From contig JAUIEU010000001.1 of assembly GCA_030429585.1 (NCBI GenBank), positions 554,316 through 618,315 of the forward strand: 64,000 bases of DNA, read 5' to 3'. The translations under genes and the position numbers were made by a program. This stretch comes from a bacterium. GTDB taxonomy: Bacteria > Cyanobacteriota > Vampirovibrionia > Vampirovibrionales > Vampirovibrionaceae. Each line of letters opens with the position of its first letter. The first letter of the stretch is position 1. This document shows positions 31,231 to 40,535 of the stretch, one piece after another. The notes below the pieces were generated by a model. It ran no database searches, was not told the DNA's origin, and saw nothing but the letters and a program-made list of their open reading frames with translations.

Positions 31231-32143
31231 GGGCGGTATCGTCGCTATCCGGGCAAGTTTCTAAGGTTAGGTGGCCTAGGTGGCCTTGGCGGTAATCTGC
31301 CAGCACGGTGCGCGCCGCCCGAGAAATATCCATATCGCCCCCACCGGCTAACCACCCCCGCGATTGGGCGATATTGGCCAAGGTTAGCTCACTGTCAGAA
31401 TCCAAGCGGTAGTGGGTCGGGAGCAGGCTAGGGTAGGTTTCATTAACGTGACGTAAAAAGGCGTTCGCTACAAGCTCTTCATCGTAGGCGGCATCGCCCA
31501 CACTGCTAACCATGGCCAATAAGGCCCCACGGGTTAGGTGCTCATCCTGTTGTTGCACCTCGGCCATGGTATCCAGCACTGGGGGGATAACCCCAGGGGT
31601 ATCCAGGAGCTCTACCTGTGGATGAATACGCACCCATTGCACTTGGCGTGTAACCCCGGCCTTGTGGCCTGTATGGGTTTTTTTCTGCTTAACCACCGCG
31701 TTAATTAGGGTGGATTTACCCACATTGGGCATGCCTACTACCAGTAAACGCACCGGGCGGGGCTTTAGCCCTTTTTTGGCTCGCTTCCCTTGGATAGCAT
31801 CGCCTAGTTTTATGCACTTGGGGATAAGGTGCTGCACGGTGTTGGGCCGAATACTTTGGGCGGTAACGACCAAGGTGGCTGCCTGGCGGTGCTCTTTGCC
31901 ATACTGTTTAAACCACTTTAGCCATGCTTCGGTTTGTTGCTCATCGGCTAAATCCGCCTTGTTTAACACAATAATGCAGGGTTTATTAATATAGCGTTGT
32001 TGTAATCGCTGGTTCGTGGTGGCCATGGGCAGCCGCGCATCCACCACTTCAATCACTACATCACATAAATCCACCCATTGGCTAAGCTGGCGTTCTACCT
32101 TGGCAATATGGCCGGGGTACCATTGTATAGGGGGGCGAGACAT
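31220..32143 (-). CDS. rbgA: ribosome biogenesis GTPase RbgA/YlqF
   Basis: IQWYPGH, DAR, NKADL, GMPNVGKST, LLDTPG (circularly permuted GTPase). Confidence 0.95.
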   Translation of the reverse strand: MSRPPIQWYPGHIAKVERQLSQWVDLCDVVIEVVDARLPMATTNQRLQQRYINKPCIIVLNKADLADEQQTEAWLKWFKQYGKEHRQAATLVVTAQSIRPNTVQHLIPKCIKLGDAIQGKRAKKGLKPRPVRLLVVGMPNVGKSTLINAVVKQKKTHTGHKAGVTRQVQWVRIHPQVELLDTPGVIPPVLDTMAEVQQQDEHLTRGALLAMVSSVGDAAYDEELVANAFLRHVNETYPSLLPTHYRLDSDSELTLANIAQSRGWLAGGGDMDISRAARTVLADYRQGHLGHLTLETCPDSDDTAHAD

Positions 32144-32256
32144 GGCAATGCTTCGTTAGGAAGAGGGTAAAGAAGGAAACGGCGGTAAACAAAAACGGCT
32201 GCGAGCAATGTGCGCACAACCGTTTTAGGGGTAAAGTTTTAAACGCGGTGCGGTAT

Positions 32257-32733
32257 CTACTCAGTCGCCGCTGCGTCAGTGCTGTCAGGCGCCACTGGTT
32301 CTGCAGCAGGTTCGGGTTTGGGGGCGTCTGCCTTAGGTGCTGCTTTTTTAGCAGCCTTTTTGTTGGCTTCATCCAACTTGTAAGCAGAGAGCTTCTCGCG
32401 AATACGAGCGGCTTTGCCTGCCCGACCGCGCATGTAGTAAATACGAGAGCGACGAACACGACCGCGACGCAGTACCTTAATGCCTTCTACCCGAGGGGAG
32501 TGAAGTAGGAAGATACGCTCTACGCCGATGCCTTGGAAGACACGACGAACGGTGATGGTACGGCTGGTACCGCTGCCGGCCTGACGGATAACCACGCCTT
32601 CAAAAGCCTGTAAACGCTCTTTGGCACCTTCTCGGATGCGAACGTTTACTTTAACCGTGTCACCGGTGTTAATATCAGGGAGTTCGGCCTTGGTGTAGGC
32701 TTGTTCGATGGTATGAATTAATGGATGCGTCAT
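32257..32733 (-). CDS. rplS: 50S ribosomal protein L19
   Basis: GDTVKV..RIREGAKERLQAFEGVVI, GIGVERIF, GRVRRSRIYYMR; start MTHPL at 32733; Ala/Pro-rich tail. Confidence 0.96.
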   Translation of the reverse strand: MTHPLIHTIEQAYTKAELPDINTGDTVKVNVRIREGAKERLQAFEGVVIRQAGSGTSRTITVRRVFQGIGVERIFLLHSPRVEGIKVLRRGRVRRSRIYYMRGRAGKAARIREKLSAYKLDEANKKAAKKAAPKADAPKPEPAAEPVAPDSTDAAATE

Positions 32734-32883
32734 GGTGCGGAATCCCGTTAAAGGTAAAAACAAGTGATAAAAATTAAGTTGAATAAGACGCCTGTGGCGT
32801 ATTAGCCCGTCATTATCGTCAGGCGAGCCTATCATTATAAGGTGTCCATGAGGAATTGCAACGGGCGCGCTTGAGGCAAAACC

Positions 32884-35160
32884 CTATGGGGTTGGCGGTA
32901 CGGGTGGAATTAAAGGGTCGTTAGGGGTGGGCGGGCCATTATACACGTCTACAGCCACGTTGGCCACGCTTTCGGTGGGTGTTGTTGGGTCGCTTGCTTG
33001 GGGGGCAGAGAGCTGAAACTCTCGCCGCACGGGTGGGGGGGCTGGCCGCGGCGGACGAACGGCTTGGGTAGATTGAGGTGAGTAGGGTGCCGGATGAACC
33101 GGAGTGGTGGGTAGGGCTTGCTGGTTGGTATCCAGGCCGGTGGTTGTGCCTTGGTTAGGGGTTGGTGGCCCTATCAGGGGTTCGCCGGTGGCATTTTCCA
33201 TATCCTGGGCCATGCCGTCGTCTAGCAGGCTTTCGTCAACCTCTAGCTCGGGGTCTTCCAGGTACTCATCCATGGCGATGGGGGTTTGGTGGAGGGGGTT
33301 ATCCTGTTCGGTGTCGGCAAGCAAGCTAAAATCAACGGTATTAATAAACGCTAGGGTTAAGGGGCTAACATGTTGCCAATTAAACCTACGGGCCGCCCCA
33401 CGCGGATACCCACGCAAGGTGTGCCCCCAAATTTGTGCTGGGGCACCGCCTCCTACCAGGTGGCTTACGGGCTCGTTATCATCTCGGCCCATCCAAACAC
33501 CCATTAAGGTGTTGGGGGTATAGCCTACAAACCAACCATCTCGGTTATCATCGCTGGTGCCGGTTTTGCCGGCGGCTGGGCGGCCAATATTGGCGGCTCT
33601 GCCGGTGCCTAGTTTTACCACGCCTGCCATTAGGGCTTGCATGGGTTCGGTGGTGCTGGGTTCTAATACGGTTTGGGGCATGGCGTAATGTTTAAATAAT
33701 TCGCGGCCCTGGCGGTCGGTTACACGGGTAATGGCGTGGGGTTCTACCCGTTGGCCATTGGCCCCAATGGCCCCAATGGCGGCACACATTTCCCACAAGG
33801 TTGTGCTAGAGCTACCCAAGGTCAACGAAAGGTTCGGCTCCAAGGTAGAGCGCACACCTAAGCGTTTGGCCAGTGCCACCACATTACTGGGGTCAATGGC
33901 GTGGAGCAGCTTTACTGCCACAATATTGTTAGAGGTGATAAAGGCCCGCGCCAGAGTGGTGGGGCCAACATGCTCGCCGCTATAATTTTTTGGGGCCCAA
34001 TCCTTCACTTGTATGGGCACATCTAGGTATACCTGGTTAAAGGGTAGCCCGCGCTCCATGGCGGCGGCATAGGTAAACACCTTAAACAACGACCCTGGTG
34101 GGCGATTAGCCAGCTTAACCCGGTCGTACTGGCTTTTAGCGTAATTTCGCCCCCCTATATAAGCCAGTATGTCTCCGCTGGGTAGGTCTAACATTAGGGC
34201 GGCCACTTGTAGGGCAGGCGTGTTGGCAAGCTGTGGATTATTAAGGATGGCGGTATGGGCGTGTTGTTGGGCGGCAGGGTCTAGCGTGGTGTGGATTTGA
34301 AGACCACTTTGCCAAAAAGTTTGTTCATCCAGGCCAAAGTAATCTCTAATTTGTTGGATAACATATTGGGTAAAGTAGGGAGCACCATGGGCATCGCTGA
34401 CTAATCGGCCGTGGGGGTTTAGGGTGAGGGGGGTATCCTGGGCGGCTTTGGCTTTTTCTGAAGTAAGGTAACCGGCCTCTACCATGTTTTGCAGCACTTC
34501 ATTGCGGCGGGCCGTGGCGTCGTCTTTATTATAAAAAGGGTTGTACTGGCTTGGGGCCTGGGGTAACCCGGCCAGGGTAGCGGCTTGGGGCAAGGTTAGG
34601 TTGGCTGGTGGCACATTAAAATAAATTTGGCTGGCAGCAGCAATGCCGTAGGCCCCTTCGCCAAAATACACGTTGTTTAGGTAGGCTTCCAGTATGTCAT
34701 CTTTGCTAAGGCGTTGCTCTAGTTGGAGAGACAGCCAAACTTCTTGGAGTTTCCGTTTGTAGGAACGGGCATTAGAGAGATACAGGGTGCGCACCAATTG
34801 CTGGGTAAGGGTACTGGCCCCTTGAGAGACAGATTTTTGCCGTAGGTTGACCAACATGGCGCGGGCAATGCCTAGAGGGTCTATGCCAGGGTGGGCATAA
34901 AAGCGGCGGTCTTCTGTGGCAATGAGGGCCTGGATAAACTGTTCGTTGACGTTAGCCAAGGCCATATGCTTATGTTGGAATTTTCCGTAGGAATAGATAG
35001 GGTGATTGTGGCGGTCTAAGATGACCGTGTTTTGGCCGTTGCCGGGGGCATGCTCTTTTAACAAGGTATCGATATTAGGGGTGTCTTGCAGGGCTAAAAA
35101 CCCTGCAATGCCAGCGATAGCCAGGGCAACAATAGATAGGGTGAGGAATAGTCGGATCAT
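32884..35160 (-). CDS. class A penicillin-binding protein (PBP1A family)
   Basis: EDRRFYAHPGID, QGASTLTQQL and RKLQE transglycosylase motifs; SLFK, SNN and KTGT transpeptidase motifs; Pro/acidic tail. Confidence 0.95.
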   Translation of the reverse strand: MIRLFLTLSIVALAIAGIAGFLALQDTPNIDTLLKEHAPGNGQNTVILDRHNHPIYSYGKFQHKHMALANVNEQFIQALIATEDRRFYAHPGIDPLGIARAMLVNLRQKSVSQGASTLTQQLVRTLYLSNARSYKRKLQEVWLSLQLEQRLSKDDILEAYLNNVYFGEGAYGIAAASQIYFNVPPANLTLPQAATLAGLPQAPSQYNPFYNKDDATARRNEVLQNMVEAGYLTSEKAKAAQDTPLTLNPHGRLVSDAHGAPYFTQYVIQQIRDYFGLDEQTFWQSGLQIHTTLDPAAQQHAHTAILNNPQLANTPALQVAALMLDLPSGDILAYIGGRNYAKSQYDRVKLANRPPGSLFKVFTYAAAMERGLPFNQVYLDVPIQVKDWAPKNYSGEHVGPTTLARAFITSNNIVAVKLLHAIDPSNVVALAKRLGVRSTLEPNLSLTLGSSSTTLWEMCAAIGAIGANGQRVEPHAITRVTDRQGRELFKHYAMPQTVLEPSTTEPMQALMAGVVKLGTGRAANIGRPAAGKTGTSDDNRDGWFVGYTPNTLMGVWMGRDDNEPVSHLVGGGAPAQIWGHTLRGYPRGAARRFNWQHVSPLTLAFINTVDFSLLADTEQDNPLHQTPIAMDEYLEDPELEVDESLLDDGMAQDMENATGEPLIGPPTPNQGTTTGLDTNQQALPTTPVHPAPYSPQSTQAVRPPRPAPPPVRREFQLSAPQASDPTTPTESVANVAVDVYNGPPTPNDPLIPPVPPTP

Positions 35161-35331
35161 GGGGGTGGGCAGCTCTATAGTGGCGGGCAAATCGCCCGTG
35201 CCTGTGATGTGTTGCCCATTATACTAACCGGGCACAGCAAATGCGAACCTTACCAATGTCGCCAGCCCCTTACTATAGGTAGTGGAGCTTGCTGTATGGC
35301 GGATTACTATTGGCCGATACCCTGACTTGAT

Positions 35332-36060
35332 ATGACACACCCCAACACGTTACCCATTTTTAGCGCTTTTTTAGCTGTTACCTTGCTTTGCGGGGTTGGG
35401 GTGGCGCCCGCCTTGGCACGTGGCAAGCAACAAGCAGCCCAAGAGGCGGTGGAAGCTGGTGAAATGGCCAACTATTGGCTTAAACATCCTACCAGTAGCC
35501 GCTTTGTGGCACCTAACCCGTATACTCGTGCCCCTGTCGTCGCGAGCTATATGCGGATCTCTCGAGACAGGCCCATATTACAGGCCTTGGCCTTGTTGGC
35601 CAATAGCGATTACAGCCATATTATTACCCATATACAGCAACGGGGCGGGCGAGTTATTTTTAAGGATATGAAGACGTTGGGTAAGGCGGTAAAAAATTAT
35701 GATGCGGTGAGTTGGCTCAGCCCATCACAGGCCAACGGCCAATCTCAGTGGATGATTTTTATTAATTACCAGCACCAACACGCCCCTGTGGAAGCCTTGG
35801 CGGCCATTATTGCCCACGAAGCACTGCATTTTGATGGTGAAAACAGCTTAGCTGAAGAAGTGGCTGGTTGGCAGCAAGAAGGCACGGTTTGGGCTGCCTT
35901 TACCGAACAAAGCCCTAACCTTCGTGCTGGGGAAGACCCTATTATTCTGCGCTTAGAAACCATTCGTAAGGCCATAGAAGGAAACACCTTGCAGCAGCTC
36001 GTTTCAAGTAACCCTGGCTACGCCACCTTGCAGCCCCATTCTCATGGGTTTGGCTTGTAA
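35332..36060 (+). CDS. exported HEXXH putative zinc metallopeptidase
   Basis: Signal peptide (ALA cleavage site), AIIAHEALH followed by NSLAEE. Confidence 0.7.
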   Translation: MTHPNTLPIFSAFLAVTLLCGVGVAPALARGKQQAAQEAVEAGEMANYWLKHPTSSRFVAPNPYTRAPVVASYMRISRDRPILQALALLANSDYSHIITHIQQRGGRVIFKDMKTLGKAVKNYDAVSWLSPSQANGQSQWMIFINYQHQHAPVEALAAIIAHEALHFDGENSLAEEVAGWQQEGTVWAAFTEQSPNLRAGEDPIILRLETIRKAIEGNTLQQLVSSNPGYATLQPHSHGFGL

Positions 36061-36123
36061 AACAGGTCTGCAATTAGGCGGGGATTCTATGTATTCACTT
36101 TGTAACAAAATATAAATAATATT

Positions 36124-36150
36124 TAATGTTGTTAGCCATCATGCCGATAC
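36124..36150 (+). promoter_or_regulatory. sigma28 (FliA/SigD)-like promoter upstream of the flp pilin
   Basis: TAAT-N15-GCCGATAC versus consensus TAAA-N15-GCCGATAA. Confidence 0.55.
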
Positions 36151-36205
36151 TAAGATTAACTCCGTATTATCGGGCTCCATACTTGAATCACTTGAGGGAA
36201 ATCAC

Positions 36206-36373
36206 ATGTACAAAGCATTACTACAAAGAAAAGCAAAAAAAGGCCAAGGCCTGGTTGAGTACGCACTAATTATTGCACTAATTGCCGTTGTGCTTATTGG
36301 CTCACTGCAAGGTGTTCAAACATCTATTGCCGGTGTATTTGGTGATATTAACACCGCACTTGGTGCTATTTAA
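36206..36373 (+). CDS. flp: Flp family type IVb major pilin (55 aa, not in the ORF track)
   Basis: MYKALLQRKAKKG|QGLVEYALIIALIAVVLIGSLQGVQTSIAGVFGDINTALGAI; G|QxxxEY Flp motif; GAGGG RBS. Confidence 0.93.
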   Translation: MYKALLQRKAKKGQGLVEYALIIALIAVVLIGSLQGVQTSIAGVFGDINTALGAI

Positions 36374-36400
36374 TATAGCAGCGTAGTATTTTAAAGATTT

Positions 36401-36440
36401 ATTGTCAGGGCTTTTATAGTATTTGCCCTGACAATTTTTT
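36401..36440 (+). terminator. terminator after flp
   Basis: ATTGTCAGGGC...GCCCTGACAAT stem followed by a T-run. Confidence 0.85.
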
Positions 36441-36527
36441 AAGCTGTTATTGGCTTTACTGGCTAGCGTTTAGGTAGCTACAACATATTAAATACGATAT
36501 AAATTATGATGAATTGAGACGTTGCCC

Positions 36528-36893
36528 ATGAGCATGTTACACAATAGAAAACGGCTTATCCCCACACACAAAGGCCAAGGTATATTGGAATTTGGCTTAA
36601 TTGCGTTGTTGGTTGGTGTGGCGGTTATTGGGGCAACACAAACCTTACGCCCAAATTTTGAGGACCATATGGCTTCTGTGGCCATGCTGGAAAACACCGG
36701 GGTGGAAACAACGGCCAGTACCTTTAAAATGGCCAATCCTAATGCGGGTAGCAATGGGGCACCCCCCACGTTTAATGTGGGCATTGGGAATAACGGTAAT
36801 GTGGAGTACACAGCGCCGGATGGTTCCCCCTATGCAGGCAACCCGTTTGCCGCGCCAGCCTATACCCCGCCTGGCCCACAAGGTACAAGTTAA
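36528..36893 (+). CDS. Flp-like minor pilin with an extended C-terminus
   Basis: KG|QGILEFGLIALLVGVAVIG prepilin motif; Asn/Gly/Pro-rich tail. Confidence 0.8.
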   Translation: MSMLHNRKRLIPTHKGQGILEFGLIALLVGVAVIGATQTLRPNFEDHMASVAMLENTGVETTASTFKMANPNAGSNGAPPTFNVGIGNNGNVEYTAPDGSPYAGNPFAAPAYTPPGPQGTS

Positions 36894-36994
36894 TTTATTA
36901 AAAAAAGTGTAAAATGGTAGTATAGCTACTGTACCTTGGCTAAGCGTTTAGCCTTAGGGGCGGTGATAACTGTTGCTAAAGGGTTGGTTATACA

Positions 36995-38008
36995 TTGATG
37001 GCGCATACAAATACAACAGCACGTCCGGGCCAAGCGTTGGTAGAGTTTGTTATTATGATGCCCTTTGTTGTGGTGTTATTGCTGGCTTCTACTTATATTG
37101 GCTTTGGGTTGTTGCAATACCATGTCACGGCCTCTCACCTTAGGGGTGTCCATAAAAACATGGAGCGCTATGCCAGCCTGATCGACCCCCTTTACCAAAT
37201 ACAGCAAGACGTTGGCAATGGGTACACCGTAACGGAAGAAGGTGGCAATAAATTTAGGGGCCGAGTGATAAAGGCCACCAAAACGTATAGTATCCCTAAT
37301 CTTCCGTTTATACCGGCCATTACTCTTATTAGCAGCACCACCGTGCCAGGTGCACTAATGGAAGGCTTGAACGGCCCGTTTTTACCCGCGCTATCTAACT
37401 TGGGCAATGGCCCAGGCACGTACCCGGATATTCCAGGTAGTGGCGGCGGTAATGCTATTGGCTCTGCTGCCATACAACTGGCGGAAAGTAATTTGTTTAG
37501 AGACATGATGTTTTGTGCCGATATGACCTATTGCTACGGACGAGATTTGGCAGGGGCCGCCACCAGCTATGCGTCATCTGACTTGAGCTCGCATTATACG
37601 GGCAGTGTGTTTTCTCACGTAACGGATAATCTTGACTTGGCCCTGCCGGGCGGTGTTTATATGGATGCCAGCTGTACGGTAACGGATGAGAACTTAGGGC
37701 ATACAACAACATTATCCCGAGATAGCAATGGTGACGGTACAGATGACTTGGACTTTTCAGGCCCCCAGGTAGTTGATTTTTTAGCGGATAATACAACAGT
37801 AGCGTTACACCCCCAATGTTTGGCGGGTTGTAATACTTTGCATGCAGGGGGTACCCAGGCGGATTTTGATAGCTGTGTGAATCCGTGTTTAACAGGTAAG
37901 CTGGCTAATGCCCGTGCCTATGTAAATACCCATATACAGCTTGCAACAGCAGCGGGTGGGTGCGGCACAGAAACCATTGTCACCCCAATCAATCCGGTGG
38001 TTAATTAG
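36995..38008 (+). CDS. TadE-like pseudopilin with a large Cys-containing C-terminal domain
   Basis: RPG|QALVEFVIMMPFVVVLL TadE motif. Confidence 0.8.
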   Translation: MMAHTNTTARPGQALVEFVIMMPFVVVLLLASTYIGFGLLQYHVTASHLRGVHKNMERYASLIDPLYQIQQDVGNGYTVTEEGGNKFRGRVIKATKTYSIPNLPFIPAITLISSTTVPGALMEGLNGPFLPALSNLGNGPGTYPDIPGSGGGNAIGSAAIQLAESNLFRDMMFCADMTYCYGRDLAGAATSYASSDLSSHYTGSVFSHVTDNLDLALPGGVYMDASCTVTDENLGHTTTLSRDSNGDGTDDLDFSGPQVVDFLADNTTVALHPQCLAGCNTLHAGGTQADFDSCVNPCLTGKLANARAYVNTHIQLATAAGGCGTETIVTPINPVVN

Positions 38009-38010
38009 CC

Positions 38011-39003
38011 ATGGAACACAACCACATGCCATTACCTCGCATCGTACGCCGTGCCCAACAGGGCTATGTGGCGGCCTTACTTGGCGGTGTTGGCTTAATG
38101 CTATTAGCAGCTATAGGGGTGGGTATTTACACCGGTATTGTGGCCTACGTTCAAGGAGAACTCCATGAAATTGCCCTGTCGACGGCAGGGACGGCAGCGC
38201 GCTCTGTGTATGATGATGTTGATGCCACAACTCAGGCGCCTGTACTTAGCCCTGCCAAAGCAGTAACCGCTGGCTGGGAGACCTTTAATAATATGGTTGC
38301 TGCCAACACTATTTTAACGGCGTTTAACCCCGGGTTGGATTTACACCCCTTAGGCGATGAGGTGTATGAGGCGATTGTGTTGGCAGAAGTTAACGTGCCG
38401 CTACTTGCTATTGTTGGGCTGGATAATATGCTGATAGAGGCCCGCGCTAGTGCTATTTACGCCCAGAATGATTTATCCACCATTGTGCAGGATATTCACT
38501 CGCAAGGGGGGGCGCAATTTGTTAATGTGCCGCTGGATTTACCGGTGTTGAATGGCTCTGGGCCAGATATTTATATCAGTACCCTGGCGAGTAGTACCCC
38601 CAAAGGCTATCATGGCGTGATGGTGGAGCTATGCGTGAATAATGGCGATTGCTATGATGTTGGCGATGGGGCGTATCCTACCGATGCCACCAAGGGCCTA
38701 ATTGTAGAGCGCAATGGCCGCAATGTGTTGTATGGCGAATTTTTTATCGATTTAGAAAATGTTGGTATTAATAAAGGAACGACAATTCGAATTGTGGATG
38801 ACTTGGTAAACGACCGTTATTTAGCTGCCGACCTTAATACCGCCAATAGAAAACGCATACTGGAGTTGGTGCCCCATATGGTGGATTTGTTAGAGTTGCG
38901 CACTTTTCACCATGCCTTTATGTGCTTTGAAAATAATTGCAGCTACCCAACAACCCGCTTTGTCGCCGGTTCAACCCCTTATGTGGATTCGAATCCGCCA
39001 TAG
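38011..39003 (+). CDS. TadG-like pilus-associated protein
   Basis: QQG followed by a hydrophobic helix, then ELHEIALSTAGTAA, and ARASA after the beta region; in an Flp/TadE context. Confidence 0.65.
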   Translation: MEHNHMPLPRIVRRAQQGYVAALLGGVGLMLLAAIGVGIYTGIVAYVQGELHEIALSTAGTAARSVYDDVDATTQAPVLSPAKAVTAGWETFNNMVAANTILTAFNPGLDLHPLGDEVYEAIVLAEVNVPLLAIVGLDNMLIEARASAIYAQNDLSTIVQDIHSQGGAQFVNVPLDLPVLNGSGPDIYISTLASSTPKGYHGVMVELCVNNGDCYDVGDGAYPTDATKGLIVERNGRNVLYGEFFIDLENVGINKGTTIRIVDDLVNDRYLAADLNTANRKRILELVPHMVDLLELRTFHHAFMCFENNCSYPTTRFVAGSTPYVDSNPP

Positions 39004-39054
39004 GCATACGGGCTAGGCGATAGGGCACAACGCGCTAACCGGTGGGCCAGTGCG

Positions 39055-39083
39055 TTGACATAGGTGCCGTTTTGCACCACAAT
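39055..39083 (+). promoter_or_regulatory. sigma70 promoter of tRNA-Leu
   Basis: TTGACA-17 bp-CACAAT. Confidence 0.75.
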
Positions 39084-39119
39084 TCTGGCACTTTCTTCCC
39101 CTCAATAAAACCAAGGTGT

Positions 39120-39204
39120 GTCGGGGTGGCGGAATCGGTAGACGCGCACGCTTGAGGGGCGTGTGGAGCAATCCGTGGGGGTTCAAGTCCCCCTCCCGAC
39201 ACCA
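39120..39204 (+). tRNA. tRNA-Leu (GAG), CCA encoded
   Basis: GTCGGGG/TCCCGAC acceptor stem, GGCGGAATCGGTAGACGC D-arm, CACGC-TT-GAG-GG-GCGTG anticodon arm, long variable arm, GGTTCAAGTCC, terminal ACCA. Confidence 0.96.
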
Positions 39205-39240
39205 TTTTTACCCGTTATGCCCTGTGGTATAGGGGCGCAG

Positions 39241-40521
39241 ATGGAACTCGCCATGCCAGTCAACTCATCCCAACGCCCTACGGTGGGCATGGTACTGGAT
39301 CACCCCTTCCCGCCAGATTCCCGAGTGGCCCGTGAAGCCACCACCTTGGTGGACGCTGGCCACCGTGTCCATTTACTATGCGCCCAAGATAAAACCACCC
39401 CTTGCCCTGCGGAAGATAGCTATAAAGGCGTTTTGCTCCACCGAGTGGATGCGGTACAACAGGCTCGCCAGCAACCGTGGTGTGATGCCAGGCGCTCTAA
39501 GGTGTGGGCCTGTGGGTTGCTAAAAAATTGGCGTTACCAACATCATGGTATTGATACCCCGTGGCAATGGGCAGTTGAGGATTTTATCCAGGCTTATGAT
39601 ATTGATATTCTCCATGCCCATGATTTACGGGTGTTACCGGCAACCATAGCAGCCGCCCAGCAATCGTCGCGCGCGGTTAAGGTTATTGCGGATCTTCATG
39701 AGTTTTACCCGGCTTTAATACGTCAGTTAAAATCGAAAAAATCGGCTCGCAAAGGCAAGCGGGCTTACCAGCGCTGGGTAGGGTTTGAACAACGATGGCT
39801 ACCCCAGGCCGATTATGTGTGGGTGCTGGATAACGCCAGCCGAGATCGGCTTTTGGCATACCCAACAATACAGGCAGGTAAGGTGGGCTTGCTGCCTAAC
39901 GTGGTTAGTGTGGCAGAGTTTGATGCGATGCCACCGAATGATGCCATTATGCGCCAGTATGTGGGCAAACCAACCTTGGTGTACGCAGGCCATGTAAACC
40001 ATTTAGGCAGGGGCCTACAGTTTGTGATTGAAGCGCTGCCGGCCCTACTAAACATCGCCCCTGATTGTCGGGTGGTATTGGCCGGGGCCACCCGCCCTGA
40101 TTATGAAACACACTTGCGCCAACAGGCCGAAAGGTTGGACGTTAGCCACGCAATTGACTGGACAGGCCACCTGGACGATATGGGGATGGCGGAATACATC
40201 CAAGCGGCCACGGTGTGCCTATGCCCCACGGTAGAAAGTGAGCAAACCAACAGTGGTATCCCTAACAAGGTGTTTCAGTATGCCTTGTACGGTAAGCCCC
40301 AAGTGGTGAGTAGCGCTAAGCCCCAAACCCGTTGGGTAGAGGCCAATCAAGCGGGCCTTTCTTTTGCGAGTGGGGATGTGGCTGCACTAACCCAAGCCGT
40401 TGCCAAACTGTTAAACAACCCAGCAACCGCAGAAGCGATGGGGCAAAATGGCCGCCAGGCGGTGCTAAGCCACAGCAGTTGGGAGGCCATTACCCCCGCC
40501 TTTTTGGCCGTTTACCAGTAA
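39241..40521 (+). CDS. GT4 glycosyltransferase
   Basis: DSRVAREA, LHAHD, DLHE, YAG...RGL, PNKVFQY..GKP. The ORF-track start at 39163 lies inside the tRNA and is not used. Confidence 0.9.
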   Translation: MELAMPVNSSQRPTVGMVLDHPFPPDSRVAREATTLVDAGHRVHLLCAQDKTTPCPAEDSYKGVLLHRVDAVQQARQQPWCDARRSKVWACGLLKNWRYQHHGIDTPWQWAVEDFIQAYDIDILHAHDLRVLPATIAAAQQSSRAVKVIADLHEFYPALIRQLKSKKSARKGKRAYQRWVGFEQRWLPQADYVWVLDNASRDRLLAYPTIQAGKVGLLPNVVSVAEFDAMPPNDAIMRQYVGKPTLVYAGHVNHLGRGLQFVIEALPALLNIAPDCRVVLAGATRPDYETHLRQQAERLDVSHAIDWTGHLDDMGMAEYIQAATVCLCPTVESEQTNSGIPNKVFQYALYGKPQVVSSAKPQTRWVEANQAGLSFASGDVAALTQAVAKLLNNPATAEAMGQNGRQAVLSHSSWEAITPAFLAVYQ

Positions 40522-40535
40522 ATAAATGGCTTAGG

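Noticed and set aside
32734-32835. N-terminal extension of L19
   Set aside because: L19 homology starts at MTHPL; the upstream stretch is leader sequence.
39163-39240. GT4 start codon inside tRNA-Leu
   Set aside because: Overlaps the tRNA; downstream ATGs at 39241 and 39253 are more plausible.
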